64,000 nt of DNA from Desulfomonilia bacterium. GTDB taxonomy: Bacteria > Desulfobacterota > Desulfomonilia > UBA1062. Position 1 is the stretch's first letter, and the number at the start of each line of letters is the position of its first letter. Shown piece by piece: positions 1-10,997 of the stretch. A program made the translations under genes and the position numbers. The notes beneath the pieces are model-generated. The model saw only the letters and a list, made by a program, of their open reading frames with translations, was not told where the DNA came from and made no database searches. The DNA is taken from the NCBI GenBank assembly GCA_963664325.2, contig CAXXDQ010000002.1:128001-192000 (forward strand). The letters run 5' to 3'.

Positions 1-2838
1 CACTGGGACCGGGAGTGGTATCAGACCTTCCAGCAGTTCAGGATGAGGCTGGTTCATCTGATGGACAAGCTACTGGAAATTCTTAAAAGCGATCCGGAAT
101 ATAAACATTTCATGCTTGACGGCCAGACCGTGGTGATTGACGATTACCTGGATATAAGGCCTGAAAGGGAGGCTGAACTAAAGAAGTACATCAAAAGCGG
201 CCGCATACTGATAGGTCCGTGGAGATGCCTGCCCGATGAATTCCTGGTCAGCGGCGAAGCCATGATAAGAAATCTTCTCACCGGAAAAGCCGACTGCAAA
301 AAGTTCGGTGCCGTCATGCCGATCGGCTATATACCTGACACGTTCGGCCACGTCTCACAGCTTCCTCAGATTTTCGCAGGTTTTGGATTCAAGGCAGCAT
401 CGTTCGCCAGGGGTCTGTCCGAGGAGCCGGTTGAGCTGATCTGGGAGGCGCCGGACGGCACGAGCGTGCTCCTGTCTTACCTCAGAGACCATTATGGAAA
501 TGCAACATTCTACCCTGCAAAAACAGGCGATAATTCTCCGAATGAACTCAAGGCGATCATTGACTCATTGCTCCCGCATGTAAAAACAGGGCATGTACTG
601 CTCATGCAGGGCACGGACCATGTTGAGCCGGACAGGACAACGCCTGCACATCTGGAAAAGGCCCGTAAGGCTCTAATGGAGCATACGATACTCCACTCCA
701 CCCTTATCGAATATTTCAATGGGGTCTTTTCTGAAATTGAAAAGCAGGGCCTGAAACTTCCTTTTATCAAAGGCGAACTGCGCTCACCAATCAGAAACCA
801 CCTCCTTCCGGGCGTGCTCTCTATGAGGATGTGGATCAAGCAGGACAACCATGAATGCGAGGCCTTGCTAGAAAAGCTTGCTGAACCGCTGAGCGCCTGG
901 ATGTCTGCTCTGAAATGGGAAAACGTTGAACTAGAAAAATTCAAAGATTCTTGGCTTATCAGCAATATATACCCGTTTGTGAAAAGGGCCTGGAAGATGC
1001 TGCTTGAATGTCACCCCCATGATTCCATTTGCGGCTGCTCCATTGACCAGGTTCATGAGGAAATGCACTCGCGCTTCGACCAGGTTATGCAGATAGGAGG
1101 GGAGGTAACGCGTCACGCCCTGAGCTCTCTGGGAATGAATGTCAGCACCTCATCGGTTGCGGGTTCGGAAAAGCTGTTTTCATCGGTGCTTGTTTACAAT
1201 CCTGTCACGCAAGCAGCCACGGGAACAGTAGTCGCGAATGTGCTTTTGCCTCTCGGGTCGGAATCTGTCGAGGTCATAGACCATGAAGGAAATGTTATCC
1301 CCCATGAAATTATCGAACCTGCCCAGTCTGAAGATTATTTCAATTCGCCCCTGGATAAGGGAGGCATACTGGGCATGATTGAAATGGCGACACTCGGCAA
1401 GCTGCCTGATATCGTAAAGGTATACGATATCAGTGCTGAAAGAATCGGGGAATGCCTTAAGCTGGAGATCGGCATTTGCGAGGTTGCCGAGGCCGTTGCC
1501 GATGTGCTTGCCGGAATGGATGAGAAGATCGAGGCCTGGCTGAATGACGATTCCATAAAGAGCTATCATCTGCATGTCATGATAAATAAACCGGCTGCAA
1601 TAAGATTTCTGGCCAGAGATGTCCCAGGGCTCGGGTATGCGTCATTCGGTATCAGGAAATCGGATTCCTCCCGGGTGTCATCATATCTCAATTCCACAAT
1701 GATCGAAAATGGCATGTTCAACATTAAGGCAGACCCGGAAACCGGCACCATAACCCTGACTGACAAGAGAACAGGAATTACATACAAGGGGCTCAACAGC
1801 TTCTCGGACGGCGGCAACAAGGGTGATGAGTATAATTACTGTCCCCCCGAAAATGATGTTATCATAACTTCCGGCGAGGCGGAGATGCTTTCAATAGTTG
1901 CCGAGGAAACACCATGCACAAAAACGCTTGAGATCCACAAGATACTAAACATCCCGCAGAGCCTGACCGAAGACAGAAAATCAAGGGACGAGATAACACT
2001 GCCCCTGGAGATAGTCACCCGCGCGTCGATATCGGAAGGTGTTGAAAGGATCGACATAGACACTTATGTGGACAACCCCTCTGGCGATCACAGGTTGAGG
2101 GTTCATTTCCCAACGCATTTTAAAGTTGAATCTGCTTTCTATGACTCTCATTTCGATGTCATCGAAAGGCCGCTAGGATGTGCACCTCCGAACCCTGCAT
2201 GGCCTGAAGATGCAAGGCCTGAAGTTCCCCAGAAGGCTTTCACGGATGTGACCGACGGTGAAAACGGGTTTATGATTGCCAACAGGGGTCTGCCCGAGGT
2301 TGAAGTTATAGATAAGGCTGATGGTACGGAGATTGCCGTTACCCTTCTGAACTGCGTCGGATGGCTCTCCCGTGACGATTTTGCAAACCGCAGAGGACAT
2401 GCGGGGCCGCCGCTGACTCCGACTCCCGCTGCGCAGATGATAGGTGGTCATGTCTTTTACTATTCGATAATTCCGCATAAGGGCGGTTATGGCAATGCCG
2501 CAAACCTTGCATATTCATTCAATTCTCCGGTGACTGCCCTGTTGACGACAGTACATGAAGGAGACCTCCCTGTCAGGGCGTCAATGCTTGAAGTTCAGCC
2601 GGCATCATTCGTTGTAAGCGCGATCAAGCCCTCCGAAGACGGTAAAGGCATAATCGTGCGCGGCTACAGCATTGCAGATGAAACCACACGGGTTTCCCTG
2701 AAGCCCCTAATGAAATTTGAAACTGCAGTAAGGTCGATGCTTGACGAGACACCAATTAGAAAAATCGCCATACGGGATGACGGGAGCGTTTGCTTTTCAG
2801 CAAAGCCGAGAGAGATCGTTACCGTAAGGCTCAAATGA
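1..2838 (+). CDS. GH38 alpha-mannosidase / mannosylglycerate hydrolase-like, 5'-truncated by window edge
   Basis: Frame is open from base 1 and reads HWDREWY (GH38 Zn-binding motif); also LDGQ, IGPW, PDTFGH nucleophile motif and HPHDSICGCS middle-domain motif. Confidence 0.9.
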   Translation, partial: HWDREWYQTFQQFRMRLVHLMDKLLEILKSDPEYKHFMLDGQTVVIDDYLDIRPEREAELKKYIKSGRILIGPWRCLPDEFLVSGEAMIRNLLTGKADCKKFGAVMPIGYIPDTFGHVSQLPQIFAGFGFKAASFARGLSEEPVELIWEAPDGTSVLLSYLRDHYGNATFYPAKTGDNSPNELKAIIDSLLPHVKTGHVLLMQGTDHVEPDRTTPAHLEKARKALMEHTILHSTLIEYFNGVFSEIEKQGLKLPFIKGELRSPIRNHLLPGVLSMRMWIKQDNHECEALLEKLAEPLSAWMSALKWENVELEKFKDSWLISNIYPFVKRAWKMLLECHPHDSICGCSIDQVHEEMHSRFDQVMQIGGEVTRHALSSLGMNVSTSSVAGSEKLFSSVLVYNPVTQAATGTVVANVLLPLGSESVEVIDHEGNVIPHEIIEPAQSEDYFNSPLDKGGILGMIEMATLGKLPDIVKVYDISAERIGECLKLEIGICEVAEAVADVLAGMDEKIEAWLNDDSIKSYHLHVMINKPAAIRFLARDVPGLGYASFGIRKSDSSRVSSYLNSTMIENGMFNIKADPETGTITLTDKRTGITYKGLNSFSDGGNKGDEYNYCPPENDVIITSGEAEMLSIVAEETPCTKTLEIHKILNIPQSLTEDRKSRDEITLPLEIVTRASISEGVERIDIDTYVDNPSGDHRLRVHFPTHFKVESAFYDSHFDVIERPLGCAPPNPAWPEDARPEVPQKAFTDVTDGENGFMIANRGLPEVEVIDKADGTEIAVTLLNCVGWLSRDDFANRRGHAGPPLTPTPAAQMIGGHVFYYSIIPHKGGYGNAANLAYSFNSPVTALLTTVHEGDLPVRASMLEVQPASFVVSAIKPSEDGKGIIVRGYSIADETTRVSLKPLMKFETAVRSMLDETPIRKIAIRDDGSVCFSAKPREIVTVRLK

Positions 2839-2844
2839 GAAAAA

Positions 2845-2877
2845 CTTGTGACATATCATGCCACGCTGCATTACAAG
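2845..2877. promoter_or_regulatory. Imperfect palindrome upstream of nikR, possible autoregulatory site
   Basis: cttgtgac...attacaag, widely spaced half-sites as in NikR-type operators; inference only. Confidence 0.25.
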
Positions 2878-2894
2878 GCATATAAAGGTGACCT

Positions 2895-3311
2895 ATGTCA
2901 GAACTTGTAAGATTCGGCGTATCGGTTGAAAAAGGTCTGCTGGATAAATTCGATCGCCTTATCAGGGACAGGAGCTACACCAACCGCTCCGAGGCGATCA
3001 GGGACCTTATCCGGCAGGAGCTGGTCAAGGACGAATGGGAAGAGGGTCAGGACGTGGCAGGCGCAATCACTTTCATATACGACCACCACAAGCGGGACCT
3101 GCTTCACACTCTGGCCCATATACAGCACGACTATCAGGACACGATAATATCTTCACAGCACATCCACCTCGACCATGACAACTGCCTTGAAATAATCGCT
3201 GTAAAGGGAAAGGCTGCAGAAGTCGTAGCCCTTGCCTATGCGCTTCGCTCGGTCAAGGGTGTCCGCCACGGTGATCTGAGCATGACAAGCACGGGTAAGG
3301 CGATAGACTGA
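2895..3311 (+). CDS. nikR: Nickel-responsive regulator NikR
   Basis: RHH N-terminus (VRFGVS...NRSEAIRDLIR), YDHH and HIHLDHDNCLE nickel ligands. Confidence 0.95.
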   Translation: MSELVRFGVSVEKGLLDKFDRLIRDRSYTNRSEAIRDLIRQELVKDEWEEGQDVAGAITFIYDHHKRDLLHTLAHIQHDYQDTIISSQHIHLDHDNCLEIIAVKGKAAEVVALAYALRSVKGVRHGDLSMTSTGKAID

Positions 3312-3347
3312 GACGTATGAATGCTGACCAGCAGGGAATGTATTATC

Positions 3348-4199
3348 CTATTGCTGGCCGATAAAGGCTTCAATCATCCCTGCAACCGTGCCGGCGGCCC
3401 TGCCGTTCAGGTGAAGGTGGTCGGTCAGCAGGTAGTAGCCGTGGATTTCAGAAATCTTATCGTAGCTCTGTCCGAGAAAGAAATGCCTTGCGATTGAGCG
3501 GTACATGACAAAGTCTTCAGGCGAATATGAAAATCTCGGCCTGTGGCCGCTTGCAATAAGCATTTCAGTAAGCTTCTCGTTAAGCGGAATATAAGTCATG
3601 CCTTCTTTTATAGCGACATCTTTGATTATGGCGCTGAATTCCTGGGCAAGCTTGAATGCCGGATGTTCAGGTTCTTCACCGATAGGCGGGATTGACAGGA
3701 GCGCAATCCTTGCCTTTGTGCGGGTTTTGAGCGTTTCGCAAAGCTTTGTAAGATTTTCCCTGAACCATATCTTGTCCGGTCTTTGCGGTATACCCTGGTC
3801 CTTGAACTGCCTTTTAGCGACAACAGGGCTGAACGTGCCGTTTGTGTCGTTCGTGCCTATCAGTATTGTAATATAGTCCGGGTTGCAGGCGATAATCTCG
3901 TCGGTTCTTTTAAGGACATTCCATGCAGTTTCACCGTTTATGCCCGCGTTGACGACGGCAATGTTCTTTGAGGCCAGTGCGTTCCTTAGTATTCTAACAT
4001 AATCATAGCTGACGGTCCCGTGAGTGATGCTGTCGCCCACGCATACCAGCACCTTCTGGCCGGGCTGTTTGCCGCCCTTGCCGATGAATTCCCTGGGATT
4101 GTTTTCGGGAAGCTTCTGCGCCCGGTTATAGGCATATTCATATACGACAAAGAAAATTACGATGAGAATGACAACGGCTGCCAGTATTTTTTTAACCAT
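3348..4199 (-). CDS. SGNH/GDSL hydrolase with N-terminal membrane anchor
   Basis: GDSIT, NAGING, GTND and DHLHLN blocks. Confidence 0.9.
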   Translation of the reverse strand: MVKKILAAVVILIVIFFVVYEYAYNRAQKLPENNPREFIGKGGKQPGQKVLVCVGDSITHGTVSYDYVRILRNALASKNIAVVNAGINGETAWNVLKRTDEIIACNPDYITILIGTNDTNGTFSPVVAKRQFKDQGIPQRPDKIWFRENLTKLCETLKTRTKARIALLSIPPIGEEPEHPAFKLAQEFSAIIKDVAIKEGMTYIPLNEKLTEMLIASGHRPRFSYSPEDFVMYRSIARHFFLGQSYDKISEIHGYYLLTDHLHLNGRAAGTVAGMIEAFIGQQ

Positions 4200-4201
4200 G
4201 A

Positions 4202-5191
4202 TTATACCCTCCTGAAAGGTTCGATAATGCTTCCATCAGCAACGGTTGTTCCTTCAATAACAGCGCTATGGCCGATAGTGCAGTTTATTCCGACAGCTGA
4301 ATCCTTTACCCATGCACCAGGCATTATAACCGTATTTTTTCCCACATGGCTTTTACCCATAATATGAACACCGGGCCATATTTCAGAGTCGCGGCCAATT
4401 GTCGCTTCGGGGCCAATCCATGTGCAACCGGGAGCCTTGATAGAAACGCCTTCTGCCATGTGCTTCAGGTTGATCCTTTCCTGCATCACTGAGGCTGCGT
4501 ACGCAAGCTGGTCTCTCGAATTGATGCCGTTCGCCTCGTCCGCCTCCCTGGTCTCGGCTCCGACAACGCCTTTTGCCATTTTCACGATGTCGGTAAGGTA
4601 GTATTCACCTTTTGCATTATTATTATTCAGACGGCCTGCCGCTTCGATTAGGAATTTCCTGTTTACGATATAGATGCTGGTATTCACTTCATCAATGGTC
4701 TTTATTTCAGCGGTTGCATCGATTTCTTCGACTATGGCTGTGACATATCCCGAGCTGTCGCGGATTATCCGGCCATATCCGGCCGGGATAGGCAGTCTTG
4801 CCGTGAGGACCCCCATCTGTGCGCCGGAAGGTTTGTATATCTCTATCAGTCTTTCTATGGATTCCTTTCTTATAAGGGGCATATCGCCGGGGATAATGAT
4901 TATGTCGTCGGCATGGGTTTTCTCGAGCAGTTCGCGCGCCGACAGCACGGCATGGCCTGTGCCTAGCGGCGGGTCCTGAACGGCTGTCTTTATGCCCATT
5001 GAAGAAAGATAGGGACCGACCTGAACACTACCGTGGCCTATGACACCTATAATGTCAGTGCCCAGTGAGAAGCCTATGGAAACCGGGTACCAGACAAGCG
5101 GGTAACCCAGGATTTCATGCATGACTTTTGATTTATCCGACTTCATCCTGGTGCCCTTGCCGGCAGCCAGTATAAGGGTTGATATGCTCAT
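4202..5191 (-). CDS. glmU: Short GlmU-like N-acetylglucosamine-1-phosphate uridyltransferase with truncated beta-helix
   Basis: LAAGKGTRMKS, LGTGHAV, GYGRIIR, GEYYLTD; 329 aa with only a few hexapeptide repeats. Confidence 0.75.
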   Translation of the reverse strand: MSISTLILAAGKGTRMKSDKSKVMHEILGYPLVWYPVSIGFSLGTDIIGVIGHGSVQVGPYLSSMGIKTAVQDPPLGTGHAVLSARELLEKTHADDIIIIPGDMPLIRKESIERLIEIYKPSGAQMGVLTARLPIPAGYGRIIRDSSGYVTAIVEEIDATAEIKTIDEVNTSIYIVNRKFLIEAAGRLNNNNAKGEYYLTDIVKMAKGVVGAETREADEANGINSRDQLAYAASVMQERINLKHMAEGVSIKAPGCTWIGPEATIGRDSEIWPGVHIMGKSHVGKNTVIMPGAWVKDSAVGINCTIGHSAVIEGTTVADGSIIEPFRRV

Positions 5192-5326
5192 GGATCAGAA
5201 AAATAACATATCGGCCTTTTAATGGCAATTGGCGTTAAAGTGGCAGCTGTTTTTTCTTGTCTGTGCGGGTGGCATTGTTTTGTGTTATACCGGCAATATT
5301 CTCCGAGTCTGATTAGGGAGGTCTTT

Positions 5327-6925
5327 ATGGGAACGAGTATGAAAATTTCCTTACTGGTGATCCTGGTATTTATTTTATCTTCATGCAGCACAACAAAGCC
5401 GCATCCGTTCAACCCGCAGGCCGAAAGGCAGATGGAACTTGTCGTCGTAAACACATTAAGCGGTCAGGTTGCTGGTTATATAACCGATAACAGGATCGAT
5501 GCGTTTCTCGGAATTCCCTATGCCAAACCGCCCAAGGGCGATTTGAGGTTTGCGCCTCCTGTAGAAATAGAACCCTGGGCGGATGTAAAGCCTGCAACCC
5601 GTTTTGGTCCGTCATGCCCTCAGATCAAAGATGAGTTTGAACCCTCATCACTTCTTTACCAGGATGAGGACTGCCTTAGCCTGAATATCTGGACACCCGG
5701 GGCGGATGATAAGAAAAGGCCGGTCATAATCTATATACACGGAGGCGGTTTCGTTAACGGCGGTACCGGTGATCCGTTATACAACGGTTCATATATATCA
5801 AAACGGGGTGATATTGTTTTTGCCAGCGTCAATTATCGTATCAATGCGTTGGGCTATCTCTATCTCGAGGACTTCGGACAGGAATTCAAAGGCTCAGGAA
5901 ACATAGCCGTTCAGGACCAGCTGATGGGCATCAGGTGGATAAAGAACAACATTGCAAAATTCGGCGGCGATCCCGATAACATAACCATCATGGGCGAATC
6001 GGCGGGCAGTGCGAGCGTTATGGTGCTCATGGGGCTGCCCCAGGCGAAGGGACTCTTTGCCAAAGCCATTGCCGAAAGCGGCGGATGCAATCTTGTCAGG
6101 ACCAGGGAGCAGGCCTCGCGCTATACCAAGCAGTTCCTCAAGGCGGCAGGCGTCAAGGATGTCGCCTCCCTCAGGAAGCTTACACCGGATGAGATTGAAA
6201 AGGCGGTTGAAAAGCAGCTTGACGAGGCGGGTTTCGAGGCTGACCTTGTTTTTGCGCCGGTAGTGGACGGGAACATCATCCCCATTGATCCTTTAAAGGC
6301 GATTGACAGCGGGTCCGCCAGAGGGATCACCTTTTTAAACGGCACCAATCATGATGAATACCGCTACTGGATAAACTACTCATGGATGTTGAGGTTCATT
6401 TCCATGAGCACCATACTCAAAGCCGTTCCGGACGTGAAGGCCAGGCTCGGCGGCAAGGATAAGGAGCTGATTGAATTCTACAAGAAGAAGAATCCGCACT
6501 CTGGCATCAGTGACGGCATGTTCGAATTCGCCACGGATCTGATGTTCCTGATTCCGCATATTCAGGTGTCCGTTGCCCAGTCGAAATATGCAAATGTCTG
6601 GATGTACCGCTTCGACTGGAGGTCTCAGGTCAAGGATTATTTCGGAGCCTGCCATGCAATCGAACTGCCGTTCGTATTGAAGACGTTCGACTCGCCGACC
6701 CGCTGGCAGATAGTGGGCCCGAATCCTCCGATGGGCCTTTCCGATACGATGCAGGATGCATGGGTGGCGTTTGCCCGCACCGGCAATCCGAATCATGCGG
6801 GCATGGAGAAATGGCCACGATATGAGGCCGGACAGCGGGCCACCATGATATTCAATACTAATTCCATGGTTGAGAACGACCCGGAAAAGGATGTGAGGCT
6901 CATCTATAAGGGCATCACGTACTAA
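5327..6925 (+). CDS. Type-B carboxylesterase, probable lipoprotein
   Basis: FLGIPYA, EDCLSLNIW, HGGGF, GESAG, HAIEL; lipobox ILSSC; start moved to ATG 5327 after GGAGG. Confidence 0.92.
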   Translation: MGTSMKISLLVILVFILSSCSTTKPHPFNPQAERQMELVVVNTLSGQVAGYITDNRIDAFLGIPYAKPPKGDLRFAPPVEIEPWADVKPATRFGPSCPQIKDEFEPSSLLYQDEDCLSLNIWTPGADDKKRPVIIYIHGGGFVNGGTGDPLYNGSYISKRGDIVFASVNYRINALGYLYLEDFGQEFKGSGNIAVQDQLMGIRWIKNNIAKFGGDPDNITIMGESAGSASVMVLMGLPQAKGLFAKAIAESGGCNLVRTREQASRYTKQFLKAAGVKDVASLRKLTPDEIEKAVEKQLDEAGFEADLVFAPVVDGNIIPIDPLKAIDSGSARGITFLNGTNHDEYRYWINYSWMLRFISMSTILKAVPDVKARLGGKDKELIEFYKKKNPHSGISDGMFEFATDLMFLIPHIQVSVAQSKYANVWMYRFDWRSQVKDYFGACHAIELPFVLKTFDSPTRWQIVGPNPPMGLSDTMQDAWVAFARTGNPNHAGMEKWPRYEAGQRATMIFNTNSMVENDPEKDVRLIYKGITY

Positions 6926-7025
6926 CGCTTTTGGTTCTTTGCCGGAATCGGTACCGGGGCGCTTGAATAAAGGGACCTTAAGATGTATGTTGTTTAATAT
7001 ACATAATAACTTAATACATTGTGTT

Positions 7026-7149
7026 TACAGGGCGTAAGAACAAAGCAGACCGAGGAGAGACGAAATCGAGGAGTGAGGCATACTTTCATGGTATGCCGCA
7101 ACGACGAGATGAGGAGCGACAAAGGTATGCACAGTTATGACGCCATGTA
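7026..7149 (+). repeat. ERIC/MITE-like dispersed repeat, copy 1 (~124 bp)
   Basis: TA-cagggcgtaagaacaaagcagacc...gaggagcgacaaaggtatgcacagttatgacgccatg-TA; aligns by eye with copies at 42.3k, 43.65k and 47.76k. Confidence 0.8.
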
Positions 7150-7175
7150 TAAAATCCCCATAAGGAGTGTGCCTG

Positions 7176-8555
7176 ATGGAAGGAAAAAAGCTCTCGGTTG
7201 GAGTTAAAGCCGGGTACGGTGTATGCGATTTCGGGGGGAACCTGTTTTTTACAGCCACTGCATTTGTTCTGTTGAACTATATCACCGATACGATGGGGCT
7301 TGCTGCAGGGCTTGCAGGTACGGCCCTTTTTATAGGAAGGGTATGGGATGCCTTCTATGACCCTATTCTGGGTTATTTCTCGGACAAGACAAAAACGCGA
7401 TTGGGAAGGCGCAGGCCATACATGCTTGCAGGCGCTATACCTCTTTTTATTGCAATGGTGCTCATGTTTACAAATCCGGCCTTTTTCAAGCAGGGCATGA
7501 GCCAGACCGCCATGTTCATATTCACCACTGTAGTTTACGTAATTCTCTGCACCGCCTATTCAACGGTCAACATACCATATTCTTCGCTTTCCCCTGAACT
7601 CACGGATGACTACCATGAAAGGACATCGCTGAACGGCTTCAGGTTCGGTTTCGCCGCCATAGGTACGCTTGTCGGTGCAGGGGCTGCCTGGCCCATTGTA
7701 GGACTTTTAAAGGACAAGAACATGGGCTTTGTGCTTCTGGGGATAGTCTACGGCGGCATAATGCTGATTACGGCCCTGATCACGGTATTCACTGTTAAGG
7801 AACCCGAGAACCTCAAACCTGCAAAATCCAGGGGCTTCATAGAAACATACAAACAGGTCTTCAAGAACGGACCCTATCTTCTGATACTTGCAACCTATAT
7901 CCTTCATATTGTCGCCATAACCATCGTAAGCGGGGTTGCGGTCTACTATTTCGATTATATACTGGCTGCAAGGCAGACCATCGATGCCAAGGCGCAGACA
8001 ACACTGGCCATGCTCATACTCATAGGAGTAGCATTTGTTTTCATCCCCATCAGCGTTATTCTTAGCAAAAAAATTGGAAAGAAGCTTGTCTATGGCATTG
8101 GCTTCATTGTTGTCGCGGCGGTACTCCTGGTGCTCTTCGCCGTTGGGCACAGGCTTCCCGTTAGCTTTACACTGGGCATGATGGGGGTGATGGGGACGGG
8201 TTTTGGATTTACCTATGCACTTCCGTATGCAATTGTTGCAGATGCTATTGAATATGATTATATGCGGACAGGCGAGCGCAGGGAAGGATCTTTCTTCGGC
8301 ATATGGACATGGGGTCTCAAGCTCGGGCAGGCGCTGGCAGCGCTCTCGATGGGCTGGATCCTTCAGGTCATGGGTTATGTCAAGGAAGCGCTTCCGCAGT
8401 CACCATCCGCCGAACTCGGCATCAGGCTTCTTCTCGGGCCGATACCGGCGGCGGTTTTCATACTGGCAGTAGTCGCCCTTTATTTTTACCCGATAACTGA
8501 AAAACGTTATGAAGAGATTAAGGAACAGATCAAGAAGATGGAAGAGACGAAATAA
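7176..8555 (+). CDS. MFS glycoside-pentoside-hexuronide (MelB/GPH family) transporter
   Basis: DAFYDPILGYFSDKTKTRLGRRRPY, NIPYSSL, ERTSL, TGERREG; about 12 hydrophobic segments. Confidence 0.92.
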   Translation: MEGKKLSVGVKAGYGVCDFGGNLFFTATAFVLLNYITDTMGLAAGLAGTALFIGRVWDAFYDPILGYFSDKTKTRLGRRRPYMLAGAIPLFIAMVLMFTNPAFFKQGMSQTAMFIFTTVVYVILCTAYSTVNIPYSSLSPELTDDYHERTSLNGFRFGFAAIGTLVGAGAAWPIVGLLKDKNMGFVLLGIVYGGIMLITALITVFTVKEPENLKPAKSRGFIETYKQVFKNGPYLLILATYILHIVAITIVSGVAVYYFDYILAARQTIDAKAQTTLAMLILIGVAFVFIPISVILSKKIGKKLVYGIGFIVVAAVLLVLFAVGHRLPVSFTLGMMGVMGTGFGFTYALPYAIVADAIEYDYMRTGERREGSFFGIWTWGLKLGQALAALSMGWILQVMGYVKEALPQSPSAELGIRLLLGPIPAAVFILAVVALYFYPITEKRYEEIKEQIKKMEETK

Positions 8556-8562
8556 TAACAAC

Positions 8563-8695
8563 CAGGGGGCAGAAAACAGGAGATAGGAGACAGGAGACAG
8601 CAGTCAGGAGTCAGTAGAAAGACTGAAAACATTAACCCATGACTGGATATAAAGGGATTATATTTTGATTCCTGTTTCCTGACTGCTATTTTGAT
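8563..8695. repeat. Heptamer tandem array (CAGGAGA-like x8) with a shorter inverted array downstream
   Basis: caggggg cagaaaa caggaga taggaga caggaga cagcagt caggagt cagtaga ... tattttg attcctg tttcctg actgct. Confidence 0.65.
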
Positions 8696-8742
8696 TTTTT
8701 CAAGTGCTTGGAAAACATATTCCGATTGACTAGATAAAATAA

Positions 8743-10144
8743 TTGTTAAAAGACGAGGAATATATGGATCTTAAACCGCTCTTTGAGCCAAAGACAATGG
8801 CAGTAATTGGTGTATCCCTTCATAACGATTTGAATCCGGCAAATGTCATTTATTATAAAAACCTTTTCCGGTATCCGGCTGAGGTTTATGCGGTCAATCC
8901 AAAGGCCGGTGTACTGAAGGGCATGCAGTCGTTTTCATCGGTTGCCGATATCTCTGATCGGATCGACCTTGCAGTAATAGCGGTTCAGGCGGAGCGTGTA
9001 CCCGGCACCATCGAAGAGTGCATAAAGGCGGGTGTAAAAAGCGCCGTCATTATATCCGGAGGTTTTTCCGAGGTGGGAAGAAAAGACCTCCAGGACAGGG
9101 TTACGGCGATTGCAAAAGAAGCTGAGTTTCCAATTATCGGCCCAAATTGTATCGGGATGTTCGTTCCTGAAAAGGTCGATACGTTTTTTTGAACCTCAGG
9201 AAAGGATTAACACACCCTTAAAAGGTAATATTTCCCTTATCAGCCAGAGCGGCGGCATGCTGCTGGACATGATGATAAGATTCACGGCGGAAGGCGCCGG
9301 AATGTCCACATGTGTAAGTATAGGGAACAAGGCGGTTATAAAGGAAAAAGACCTTATCCGATATCTGGCGACTGATGAAAAGACAAAGGTCATATCTTTT
9401 TATATCGAAGGATTCAATGAAGGCGAGGGGCATGAATTTGTTGAAGCTGCTAAGGCATGCGGTAAACCTGTAGTCGTGCTTAAATCCGGCAAAACCCCTC
9501 AGGGCAGCAAGGCAATTACAAGCCATACCGCTTCTCTCGCAGGCGACTATAAGATATTTTCATCTATTATGAACCAGTACGGCATTGTCGAAGCCAAGGG
9601 CCTGCTCGATCTTATCTATTTCAGCCAGTGCCTGAGCTGTTATCAAAAGCATATTCAGGGCAGGCTTGGCATATTGACCATAAGCGGCGGTCACGGGACG
9701 CTTGCTACAGACCTTGCACTTGAGTATGGCCTGGATATTCCTGCTTTGAGCGATTCACAGCAGGAGGCGATACGGGCTGTCCTGTCTCCAAGCATAAAGA
9801 ACATAGCTTCATGCCACAATCCGGTCGATCTAACAGGTAGCGCTGTTGACGGTGATTTTGTCGAAGCCGCACGGGCGCTTGCCCTTATGGATGATATTGA
9901 TTGCATTGTGGCATTACTGCTGCCTTATGCGCCTGCGTTAAGCATGGACTTGGGTGCCTTGCTCAGTACCGTAAAAAGGAGGTTCGACAAACCCATAATT
10001 GCTTATGTCCCCCGTCTGGAAAAATACAGGATCCTGATCGACGGTTTTGAACTCAATAACATACCGGTAGCCCACAGCATAGAGGGCTGCATGAAGATGG
10101 CTCAGGGCTTAATCAAATACAAAGGAAGCGGCACGAAAAGCTGA
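8743..10144 (+). CDS. NDP-forming acyl-CoA synthetase alpha-subunit-like CoA-binding protein, frameshifted at a T7 run near 9184-9190
   Basis: AVIGVS, YAVNP, ISGGFSE, GPNCIG then ISQSGG, SIGNK, YIEG, SHTASLAG, NPVDLTG in another frame; removing one T joins them. Confidence 0.85.
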
Positions 10145-10147
10145 TGA

Positions 10148-10812
10148 GTGGTGCTTTCATTACCCAAAAGATTGAGGCGGGTAATCTTCGATATGGACGG
10201 CACGCTGCTGGACACGCTCAAGGATATTGCCGATTCCATGAACATGGCGCTTAAAAGGATAGGACGGCCCGAGCGTGATTTTGAATACTTGAGATTCAGT
10301 GTAGGCTACGGTGTTGAAGAACTTGCCAGGAGGGCCATGCCGGAAGGCAGCAGCGAAGAAGATGTGAAAAAATGTGTTGAGATAATGCGGGAGATCTACA
10401 GCATTCATTACAAGGATACGAGCAGGCCTTATTGCGGCATAACCGAACTGCTCGATAAACTGAATGAATTGAAAATCCCGATTGCGATACTCTCCAACAA
10501 GCCTGAGGATTTTACAATAAAAATGACCGAAGAACTTCTGGGAGACTATAAGTTTGATGTTGTGCGCGGGGTGAGGAAAGATTATCCGAAGAAACCTAAT
10601 CCCGCGGTCCCTTTTGATATAGCTGCAGGGTGGGGAATATCCCGGAAAGAATAGCCTTTGTCGGTGATTCCGCAGTTGACATGCAGACTGCCAATAATGC
10701 AGGTATGTTCGCAGTAGGAGTGCTGTGGGGTTTCAGGCCCCGTCAGGAAATCGTATCAGCCGGGGCCATGGCGCTGATTTCCCACCCGATAGAGCTGATC
10801 AGCATTCTGTAA
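10148..10812 (+). CDS. HAD phosphatase (phosphoglycolate phosphatase-like), frameshifted near 10641
   Basis: FDMDGTL, LSNK, KPNP then FVGDSAVD in another frame; adding one C to the C run gives WGISPERIAFVGDS. Confidence 0.85.
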
Positions 10813-10997
10813 TTCCAGGGAAAGATAAAGAGCTGTTTCTCATCTGCCGATAAATCTTATTAGAAAGGTATTTAAGACCGGTGAGACTCAACACAAATGT
10901 TCCATCAGGTATAGGGCTGTAATGGAGATATGAATTATGGCTGAAAAAAACTGAAGGATAAATGCGTGAACCCGGGTCAGGGTGTAAATAACAAATT

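Noticed and set aside
7019-7207. Small ORFs over the ERIC-like copies (also 47838-48200)
   Set aside because: They arise from repeat sequence or antisense overlap, with no independent coding evidence
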